From Podarcis muralis (taxonomy: Eukaryota): DNA of 64,000 nucleotides. The position numbers and the translations under genes are program-made. The stretch's first letter is position 1. Each line of letters opens with the position of its first letter. The notes under the pieces are model-generated. The model did no database searches. It saw only the letters and a program-made list of their open reading frames with translations, and was not told the origin of the DNA. The stretch lies in assembly GCF_964188315.1 (NCBI RefSeq), contig NC_135667.1, positions 12,090,001 through 12,154,000 of the forward strand, written 5' to 3'. Positions 36,901 through 46,960 of this stretch are shown here, one piece after another.

Positions 36901-39900
36901 AAAGAAACTTTTTCCCCAGCACTGTTGTTAAAAGAGGTGCTTCTCACAAAGTAGTTGAGCTGAATTGGTGGGGGAAATGTGAGCAATTCATGAGGATGTA
37001 AAGGAATGATGAGAGATTTATTAAATCTGTATATAGATTATCATAATAATGTACTGTATAAGGAATTGCTATTCTTTTTCCTGTCTACAACTAGAAATAT
37101 AACACAACATTAGAAAACAACTACTAACTGTGCTCTAGAAGCATACTGGGATAAAATATGGAATATTGCCCTTAGGCAGAAACTACAAAAGCATCTTACA
37201 ATTTTCAGGAACACAAAGTCCAAACATGTATGGTACATGTTAATTTAAATATGGTACACTGGAAAGGACAATATTGCCTTTTCGTCATCAGCTAAACATG
37301 CGTGATTCTGAGACAATCTGTTAAGATGGAGAGTAGAAGATACCAAACTGATATAATCATTTCCAAACAATTTAAAACTGTTATGTTTGACTGCATTTCT
37401 TACATTGGAATATTTATTGGGGATGAGAGAATATAAGGATTGTTTGTTATATACATTTTTAGAAACTTTGAAGTGAAGGAAAGGTGGGGAAAGGAATAAG
37501 ATAGCCATTGAAATCATAGCAACAAAGTCCTGTCTCGATAATCATAACTGTTAGCATGACTAAATCTGGATGCAATCAGATCAGATAAAAACAGCTGAGT
37601 GACATACTTCCTCTATGTTTAATTCATATTGAGTGTCAAGACCCTCAAGCCATCCCCCATTAGAATAAAGAAATTGACACTGATGCAGAATTTTGGTTTA
37701 AGGTTAATGGGCAAAATTTGGGCCACAACTTTATTGATTACACCAAATGTGAGTGGTATTGGCTTAGACATTGACAAAAGACTATATCGGACTCCTGCCC
37801 CCTTTGCAGGAAGTCGGTAAGGGTAAACCACCCAAAGAGGAAGCCCTGCATCTCCCCAGGTGTTCCCAGAGGACTGGCATGGCCCTAGCCCCTCAACCGG
37901 ACTTCAGACAGGATCCAGGCCCTGGATTCCTTTAATGGAATAACCTTGGATGATGGAGGGGCAGGCAATGGCCAACATCCCTTCCCCCACTCATCAATAA
38001 GCCAATGCCTAACAGCCAAACCTTACAAGGTTGTGATGATTGCTAAGAGGTAGGAGAAAACCAAAAAGCTAGTGCAAATCTGCCAAATGGAAAAATTCCT
38101 ACGCAGTCCCCATTCCAAGATGGGTGATCAACCGAAGTCCAAAGCAAGGCCAGAGGACACCTAAATTAAAGGGAGGGTAGGTGGGTGTTTGGCAGCGCAA
38201 AGTAGGTGCTTGGCACACATCGGGCTGGCACTTTTATACCCCCCACAATCACCCCACTCAAAATGATTGGCCAATCATTTGGAGTGGGGTGATTGACCCG
38301 GCATGAGGGTATTACTCCTCCCATGCCACGGTGGGGGGAACTGGGTTGAGGGCCTGCCCACAACAGGGACCATCTTTTAAGATGATCCCACTTATCAAAA
38401 TGCTCAAAAGAATAAACATGCTGTCTAAAGAATATCTTACCATGATGTGTAAAAGACAATAAAGTGAATGCCAGGTGCATTTCTTTGGGAAGGTAAATTT
38501 AGGATTAAATTTCATGTTATGACTTTGTAAGCACAAAATATGTCAACTTGACATGCTTATTCAAAGAGTATTCTGTGTATCTGAAGAAGTGTGCATGCAC
38601 ACGAAAGCTCATACCAAGAACTAACTTAGTTGGTCTTTAAGGTGCTACTGGAAGGAATTTTTTTTGTTTTGACTAATGCTTAATGTTATGGGTTGGAAGA
38701 AAAAATAATAATTTCAACCAGTCATTAAATGAAATACATTATGAGTGATATGTAGATCTATATCAAAGCAGATAGGGGGCACCTGCCTTAAGAGCAGTGC
38801 ATGTGAAAAGGACTGAGGAGTCCTAGCTGACTACAAACTTAACATGAATGAATAATGTGATTCAGCACCAAAAATGCCGAAGCAATTCGAGGGTGTATCA
38901 AAAGAAGTACAGATCAAGGGACTCTTAAAAATAGCCACTGAAGAACAACAATAGGTCTGATTCAGCAGGGATCATTTTATGTTCTAAAGTTCTTAGTATG
39001 CTGAAGATATTACCTTCCACAGTTGCTGACTCAGAAGCTTCCATCTTCCTTCACCCACTCTTGCTCTGTGTTTGAATCTCAATGAAATCATTGCATGCAA
39101 AGCATGTGCCACAGTATAGACTGCATTGTAGATGCTGTAGCTGTGGCCGGTCATGGTCATTTCAAAAACTGATGCAGGAAGATTCTCCAGCTTCTCCTCC
39201 CCAGTGCAGATTTTTGTATTCTCTCCATCTACCAGGGAAGGGTTGAAAGAACAAAGAAATGCTTCTTCCCAAAACTCCCGGAAAAGGTTATCTTTGTTTT
39301 CCAAAGTAGGTTTTATTATCTGAAGAAATTTCTGGAAACCTTCTATCTCACGGGTGTGAACAGAAAAGTATATAGTACCATGAAGTAAGTCTATGTTCCA
39401 GCCTCTTTGAAAGGGAACTGATGTGAAATCTATCTGGGACGTCATAATCCAGACTTTCCCTCTTCCCTTTGTTGATTCATCCATAGTTTCTGAATAACTG
39501 GCAAATGTTCTCAAAACTACCATGGTATCAATTTCACCATGAAAGATTACTGCATTAACAGTGCTGTTAAGGATCAGATAGTTTGTTTTGACCCCTTCTT
39601 CCACCATATCAAAAATATTATTGGAAAAAGTCATAATGGGTATTCTTAACATGAAATCAAAGCAAATACCTCTCTGGATAAACATGGGAACCACAGTGTG
39701 TACAAACCGCTCTACATTGTCATCATGGCCAGATAGGACCCCAATCCATGTCCATCTGAAATGCAGCAATAACTGGAGAATCCCTTTATACTGATGGTCC
39801 ACATCTGGAAACATCTGGTGGTACAGAACAGCTTCTGCTTTCTTATTTTTCACTGGGGCAGAGCCATATATAAACTAAAGAAAAAGAAAATTATTTAAGC

Positions 39901-42900
39901 AAGGGGAAATGGTATTGAAGAGGCCTGAACAAATCTTTTCAACAGTCACCACAGAGGAGACATACATTGAAACTGCAAAGGCAGAGCTACGTTGGCCAAG
40001 TGCGTGCCCTCGTGGAATATTGCAGTGGAGTGTTCACTGGCATATTTCACATAATGTCAGTTTAATTCGTAGGTATTTAACACAATAATGAATAAGTGTT
40101 TTGGATGATACCTCCCATCAGTCCTAGTGAGCATAGACAATGATCAGGGATTATGACACTTGTGGTCTGCATTATTTGGAGGGCTCAGTCTTGGCTGTCC
40201 TTGTTTGTTCTAAGGAAATAAAACCTGAATTTAAAAATAATTGACATCTGCTAATGTGTATGTAGTATATGTATATGATTTACTTGGATATCCCTCATAA
40301 CTTACATATTTATCATATCTTGAGGGCATCCTCTGGTTAATCTTACATTCCATAAAAGGGGTTAGCAAAAGGTACATCAGGATAATGATACATTTTGGAG
40401 ATGAGAGTAGATTGGCAAGAGATTTTTTCCTCCCAGCTATTTCACAAGTTTATATGTCCCTATAAGTAGAGGGATTGGAGCTTCTTCACAACATCGCCAC
40501 CCAAGCATAGCACACACAATTATCCTCCCAAAAGGCATGTTGAATGGAAACAATTTTTATCTTCAATGTGCAAAGCCACATTTAAAGGCAAGGAATGTGA
40601 CAAATTGTGTCTCAAAAACTGATCTGCCAAATGCACTTGTTTTACCTGTGGAATCTTGTAGATGCATAGAATATCTGCCATGTGGAGACAGACTTCAGAA
40701 GTAGGTCCACCAATGACTGCTACTGGATTGCTCACCCTATCACATTTGTAGTTGGGGATGAATTTGCCCTGTGTAGAGAAGAGTTCCAATGAGGCCTGAT
40801 AGGTCCATCTTGGACTGAAATAACTATTATAGATATGGAAGCCCAGTGTAACATTGGGTAAGAGGTGTGGATTTTCATTGATCTCTTTTGCAGCAAATAT
40901 TGAGGCCAGGAAATGCTGGTATATTTGGATCATAGCCCTGTAATTAGAGTTACATTCTGTGTCATGGTGCGTTCGATTCAGAATATGAAGTGTACTTCAT
41001 TTCAGTTAGGTACATGGAAAGTAAATATATGGTTTCAGTAACAGAAACATAGCAGAAGTATAATGAAATGTTGCTGGAGATTGACATTCTTCATCTTTGT
41101 TTACCTGTACAGTTCTAGTACTGTTTTCAAAGATACTTGTTAATGGAAGGATGTCTCTGAAATTATCCATATACCAATTTATTTTAGGGTTGTAGCATTT
41201 CCCTACACAACAACAAGCAGTTGCTGAAAACACAAAGCTAATCACACTGGTATTCTTCTGGAAACATGTTATTCCTCTGAAAATAAATTGTAGATGTGGG
41301 GTTTATGAGGAATAGGAGTTTTAATTCATAGGAAGAAATTTAGGTGGCTTACCAAAGGTGATCTCCACTTCTTCCAATTTACCACATTTTGTGCAGTGGG
41401 TTAGCCATGATCAGCTGAAAGAATTTATAATCTAAGGTACCCTAAGGAAGTCAAAAGACACCCTTGCCCAAAAGCAAATAAATCATATTGCATATGGCAA
41501 GGGAAAAAGACAGGATTCAGTAAAAATGGAAAATATGTTTTAAACATAATACATGAATATATAATTAATCTTGTCCCATCCACTAGAGCAGGGGTGGCCC
41601 ACTCCCAAGAGACTGCGATCTACTTACAGAATTAAAACTGTCCGTGATCTACCCCTGGTTGTTGTTTTTTTTGGGGGGTGTTCCAGGTCAAAGTTGCGGA
41701 GCTTTTCTTAGGGGGGGGGAGAAATGCCCCATTTTGGGGGTTCAGGTCTAAGTTGTTGAGCTTTCTTTAGGGGAAAGGAAAGGCCCATTTTTATGGGTTT
41801 TGGGGGAGAAATAGGAGCAGCCATTCACCAAGAAATTACTGGGGAAACAAACAGCCTCACTGCGTAAACTCCACTTTCCATTCTGCAGATTATGCAACAA
41901 TGGAGGGCGGGGCGAGGGGTGGGGCTGGATTCAATTTTAACAATGCTAAGGAAAGGGACACAGTGATCGACCGCGATCTACCAAAACCTCCTGGGGATCT
42001 ACCAGTAGATTGCGATTGACCTGCTGGACATCCCTGCACCAGAGCTATCAATTGATGGACAGAAAAGAATTGAAGCAAATTTATTAAACATAATCCATTA
42101 ATATGTAATTAATCTTCTCCCATTGTCAGGGCAGAACCAGGACACTCCGAGTCCCCAGACGTAGCTGAGCATGGGTGCTTAGAGACAGGAGCAGAAGAGG
42201 GATACATGTATGTGGAAGAGGAGGGAGAAGAGTCCAGTGAGGCAGCGTCAATTCCCAAGAACAGGACCCGAGAACCAGGAAGAGGTGGGGGGTGAACAGG
42301 TTGACTTACAGGCACCGCAAAGGTTAACCTCTGAATAGGATGGGGGCAGAAGATTTACGATGACGCAAGGACAAAAGACAGGGTCAGAGGCAGGGCTCTA
42401 AGTTCCTGCACTTTAGGTGCTGGAGGAGGAGGAAGAAGAAGCCGTTGGCTATATCGGAACGGAGTGACTCGGATTAATGGATTAATCATTATGCCTTCTG
42501 AATATAGTTGTAAAGAAAGACTATAAAACCATCAGCGGTCTGCCGTGGTTTATTGTGAAGAGAGCAGCTTCCAGCCCTGACACCCATCCACTAGAGCTAT
42601 CAATAGATGCACAGAAAAGAATTGAAGCAAATATATTAAACATAAAACATTAATATGTAATTAATCTTCTCCCATCCACTAGAGCTACCATTTGATAGAT
42701 AGAAAAGAATTGAGGCAAATGTATGCTATGCATTTTTTTAATCTAAGAAAACTTACATGGGTTCTTCAAATATGTCATTAGAGGGACATTCCTTAAATTT
42801 TATAACTTTGGAAAATCTGTATAGATGAGACATAATGCCAGCAATGATTTGGTCTCCTGGCTGGTAATACTTGTGAAGAATAGGAAGAGGGTCACGGCGG

Positions 42901-43022
42901 CTGCAGCTGATGTCAGGAATCTTGGACACCACCTGTGGCAAAAAAACTACTACCAAGACTACAAATGCTACTAACTTGCATAAAAAAATTCTTTCTGCCC
43001 ACCAGTACACCTGCCAACACAT
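33011..43022 (-). CDS. V2R-4, vomeronasal type-2 receptor, complete, about 890 aa
   Basis: Exons 42757-43022, 40646-40937, 39014-39874, 36732-36959, 34854-34980, 33011-33909; total 2673 bp, open, GT-AG. The N gap falls inside intron 4. Confidence 0.94.
34854..34980 (-). CDS. V2R-4 exon 5
   Basis: [42 protein letters not shown]. Confidence 0.93.
35458..35586. other. Assembly gap (129 N) in V2R-4 intron 4
   Basis: Run of N; comparison with V2R-5 shows it lies within a V2R-4-specific insertion. Confidence 0.99.
35693..36420 (-). mobile_element. Putative solo LTR (ERV-like)
   Basis: (A)GTTGCG...CGCAACA ends, AATAAAGTTGTGGCC on the minus strand; absent in V2R-5; no clear TSD. Confidence 0.55.
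36732..36959 (-). CDS. V2R-4 exon 4
   Basis: ORF 36612-36986, cag/gtaag. Confidence 0.93.
37630..38397 (-). mobile_element. Putative solo LTR related to 35693-36420
   Basis: Shares ggccacaactttatt...atgtgagtgg and ctggattcctttaa blocks; empty site in V2R-5 (about 53530). Confidence 0.55.
38575..38672. mobile_element. Short repeat fragment, Penelope-like
   Basis: Reverse complement of 43499-43570; empty site in V2R-5 (about 53715). Family assignment is from recall. Confidence 0.55.
39014..39874 (-). CDS. V2R-4 exon 3
   Basis: ORF 38993-39853, 861 bp, tag/gtaat. Confidence 0.94.
40646..40937 (-). CDS. V2R-4 exon 2
   Basis: ORF 40520-40933, 292 bp, cag/gtaaa. Confidence 0.93.
41589..42036. 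mobile_element. Non-autonomous hAT element (MITE), 448 bp
   Basis: TIRs CAGGGGTGGCC / CAGGGATGTCC, 8-bp TSD CACTAGAG / CACCAGAG. Confidence 0.85.
42124..42582 (+). mobile_element. Solo LTR (Gypsy-like), 459 bp
   Basis: Perfect 9-bp terminal inverted repeat TGTCAGGGC...GCCCTGACA, 5-bp TSD CCCAT; absent in V2R-5. Confidence 0.88.
42757..43022 (-). CDS. V2R-4 exon 1
   Basis: ORF 42753-43022, [12 protein letters not shown], donor gtaag. Confidence 0.9.
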
Positions 43023-43192
43023 TATCCTTCTCTGAATCCTGACTTAAATGGCTCTCAGTTGATCTAGGTCTCCAACTATGTCTCAGTGATCAGACTGACC
43101 CAGTGTGATTGTCTCCAGCCACAGCCTGAAGTGATACTGGGGGTATTAAAAATCACATCCAGCCTTGTTGTTTCGTAGGTGGTTAGCACAGT

Positions 43193-43245
43193 TCCCTTGG
43201 GACTTAAGAAGTAGAGTAATCTTTACTAATTGGATAATTACAAGG
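43193..43245. promoter_or_regulatory. Candidate V2R promoter module: O/E (EBF) palindrome plus double TAAT motif (V2R-4)
   Basis: TCCCTTGGGA at 43193-43202 and TAATTGGATAATTACAAGG at 43227-43245; the TAAT motif recurs upstream of all five exon 1 copies. Confidence 0.55.
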
Positions 43246-43497
43246 TAGCTAATCTTCTCTTTCTGTTTCTATGAGATATTGCAGAAGAAAACATATTTAT
43301 CACATCTCAGCAGAAGTTGCCTCTAGTCCAACTCACTGTATTTGCTGGTGTCATGAAAGTTGAAAATTAAGTCAATTCACAAATATGCAAATTTCAGTGG
43401 TCACTGAGAAACAACTGAGTAGGGATGGATTGTCTATTCCTTTCAGTCTTGCCTGCGCTGAAATCATAGGTCCATTATGTCAAAATACATCATTGTT

Positions 43498-43950
43498 CAG
43501 TAGCACCTTAAAGACCAACTAAGTTTGTTCTTGGTATGAGCTTTCGTGTGCATGCACACTTCTTCAGATATATATATATATTCGAATCCCCGCGACGGGG
43601 TGAGCTCCCGTTGCTCGGTTCCTGCTCCTGCCAACCTAGCAATTCGAAAGCACGTCAAAGTTCAAGTAGATAAATAGGTACCGCTCCAGCGGGAAGGTAA
43701 ACGGTGTTTCCGTGCGCTGCTCTGGTTCGCCAGAAGTGGCTTAGTCATGCTGGCCACATGACCCGGAAGCTGTCTGCGGACAAACGCTGGCTCCTCGGCC
43801 AGTAAAGCGAGATGAGCGCCGCAACCCCAGAGTCAGTCACGACTGGACCTAATTAATGGTCAGGGGTCCCTTTACCTTTATACATATATATTACATATTT
43901 CTTCTGTGTCAGACCAACACGACTACCTACCGGAATCTAGATTATTTTTG
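43498..43950. mobile_element. Penelope-like fragment containing a 5'-truncated Sauria SINE (43581-43880, + strand)
   Basis: The SINE sits in a (TA)n tract inside the fragment; the whole block is absent at the V2R-5 site (about 58238). Confidence 0.7.
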
Positions 43951-45785
43951 AAATTCTGCAAAGCGCTAGGTAAAACGGTAATTTTAATAACAAAAAATAA
44001 CAATTGATCATTCCAGTAGTGCTGGGGGGGAGGTGAAGCATTGATATTCACAAACTAGTTTGCAACTCTGAGAAAGACATGTCCAACATCACCTCGGAAT
44101 GAACTTCCTCCAACAGTGGGAAAGCAAAAAAGGCATCTTCCAATCTTAACAGATTTGTAAAGGGAGTGGTTCTCCCTTAAGTGTTTGGCTTTCAAGTGGC
44201 TACGGGTTTAACCTTAATATGCTTACATCAATATCTTGAATTGTACGGGTAGTGTATATGCAGTCTGTTCAAGTTGTGCAGATGAAGTCAGAACAAGTTC
44301 TTCAAAATTGGTTCCCAGTAACATGGGGCACTAGCTGAAGTTTCTGGACTGTCTTCAAAGACTCTGAAACAGTGCACTCCAGTCATCCAACTGGAAGGTT
44401 ACCAAATGATAGATTATTTTGGCAAGGCAATAATATGGATTGTTGTGGCAAGGTATCAATATGATGAAAGAAGAATACAAGGCCTTGACCAGGAAGCATG
44501 TAGCTGCAGAGATGAGGACAATTTAGTTAGTAATAAGAGCATCAAGCTGTAAATGAGGATGTTATGAGAGATTTTGCTGATGATCTTATCATCAGACTCT
44601 CCCATGCAAGCATGAGAATTAATCCCAATTATTTGCACAGGTTGTTGAAAGAATAACACAAGAGTCTTGCTAGATACCATGTGCTTGTCAGCAGAATTAG
44701 GCTGAATGTATATCTCATTGGTCTTCATGGAATGCGAGTGTGAAAAGCATCACCATAGGAAAGAGTATAGTTGTTACCTTTGAGAGCAATGGGAGACTGC
44801 AATCTGCATAGATGATCTTGGTGGATATCACTCACTATTGGAATTTCCAGCCACAATACATTTTGTCTAAACATTTTACTTGGCTCTCAGTTCAGGGGTT
44901 AAGAATTCATAAAAAGGGTGTGAAAGATGTTGGACACTATACATTTCTATTTTGATTATATTAAAATTCCACCTGCATGACTAAGCTTTTAGTCTCGTTG
45001 TTCAAGGTTATGGCAAAATTTCATTCTATCAATTAATATCTTTATTACTGGGATTTAATTAAACAGCAAGGGAGAATAGGGCAACTCAACAGCACAGTTT
45101 GTTCCATTGAAGAGGATGGAAACTATAATGCTCCTTATGAAAAGGGCTAAATCTAAGATGCAGATACACACATTATTCTGCTCACTTTCTTTCCAAGTAA
45201 GCAGACAAAAAAGATGAGGATTTAGAATATCTATTTATTGTCTTGATGGTAAAGAAAAGCAGTACAAACATGTGGCTGAGAAAACAAGGTATTAAAAAGT
45301 CAGAGGGTGCTTGACCACTGCAAGTTGGTTCGGCCATGTTGTCTTCTCAAAGAGTGTTCATGCCATAATTCTCATCTATTTCATATAGCACATTTTCACA
45401 GCAATTACAAAAGTAATATTATGGAGCTGGCAATTTTATGGTGACCTCTGAGGATAATGGGGGACTGGAGTCTACTTACACGACAATTTTTGCTGAGTTT
45501 CCCAACGCATGTAACTGAGCAAGAGGCATGAAATAGGTGTGTCCCTCCTGGCCTCAGCCCATGCCGCCACACCCTGGAACACCCTTTTTAAGAGATGTAC
45601 ACCTCCTCACTTTGCATTTCATTTTGTGAGGAGAATTGAACAGTAATATATCACAGATTTTAAAACGATTACTCCAATATGGCACTGACAATATAAATTA
45701 CATTTGAATTTAGCTGTGGAAATGAAAAACACAAAAATTACATGAACTTCATTTAAAATTAAAATATGACATGGATGAAGGACCC

Positions 45786-45988
45786 AGAATTTCTCATTTC
45801 TTCCTTCTGAGTTGCTCCTTGCTATTCAACTCAGGCTTTACTACAATAATATTACATTCTGGAGAAACTATACAGTCCAGTAACACAGCACTGGTGGCCA
45901 AGATGAAGAACATCTCCACAGCCACCATATATTTTCCTTTTTTTGTTCAGATAAGTTGGAACAAATGACAGCCAAGGACAGCCAAACA
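45786..45988 (-). pseudogene. Orphan 3' stub of V2R exon 6 (V2R-6 type)
   Basis: Reads ...[47 protein letters not shown] and matches V2R-6 59767-59950; its downstream flank matches the V2R-6 flank. Confidence 0.9.
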
Positions 45989-46061
45989 AGTTACTTATTT
46001 CTAGGAGATGTCACGTTGCTTTCACATGGGGGATGTGGGTCCCAGAATATCAGGAGCATCA

Positions 46062-46960
46062 TTAATTTGTTCTTTTTAGCTGCTCCCTGTTGTTCAGTTC
46101 TGGCCTCAGGACTATAATATAACATTTTGGGGAAAAGATGCAACCCAGTAACCCAGCACTGGAGGCCAAGATGGAGAAGATCTCCACAGCCACCAGGAAT
46201 TTTCCTTTTGTGCTCAGATAGGTTGGAACAAATGAAAGCCACACACTGCAAAATACCAGCATGCTGAAGGTGATAAACTTGGCTTCATTAAAACTGTCAG
46301 GTAACTTCCTGGCTAGGAAGGCTACACAGAAGCTGACAATGGCCAGCAAGCCCATAAACCCCAAGACACAGTAGAACATGGTGACAGACCCTTCATTACA
46401 TTCCAGAACAATTTCTTTATTCATTGAGTGCATGTCTAAATCTGGGAATGGGGGAGAAGTTGCCAGCCACACGGTACAAAGAGCAGCTTGAATCAAGGAG
46501 CAGGAGAGGACAATGGAAATGGCCTGCTGTTTCCCCACCCATTTCCTCATGCTGGACCCTGGTTTGGTGACCATGAAAGCAAGGATCACAGTGATTGTCT
46601 TAGACAACACACAAGAAACTGCCACTGAAAAGATGATGCCAAAAGCTGTTTGTCGAAGGAGACATGTCACTTTCTCAGGTCGACCAATGAATAGCAAAGC
46701 ACAAAGGAAGGAGAACAAGAGGGAGGTGAGGAGAGTGTAGGAGAGGTTGCGGTTGTTGGCTTTGACTATGGGAGTGTCCCGGTGCCTAATGAAAATCCAA
46801 AGCACCAACCCTGTGATGAAAGCAAAAGAGAGAGCAAAACAGGCCAAACTGATCCCCAGTGGTTCTCCATAAGACAAGAAACTTATATCTTTTGGAATGC
46901 ATGAATCCTTTTCCACATTTGGGTAATGATCTTGTGGGCACTGAAAGCATTCATCCATGT
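46062..46960 (-). CDS. V2R-5 exon 6 (7TM)
   Basis: ORF 46062-46958, cag acceptor. Confidence 0.95.

Larger units (their letters stand above)
41560..42720. repeat. 88-bp tandem repeat (about 2.5-3 copies) interrupted by two transposons
   Basis: ccactagagct...aattaatcttctcccat recurs at 41580/42037, 42588 and 42676; single copy in V2R-5 (about 57400). Confidence 0.8.

Noticed and set aside
43384-43393. Octamer ATGCAAAT upstream of V2R-4/-5 and ATTTGCAT in the duplicated 3' flanks
   Set aside because: Not conserved in the other lineages, and 8-mers this AT-rich are expected by chance in 64 kb.
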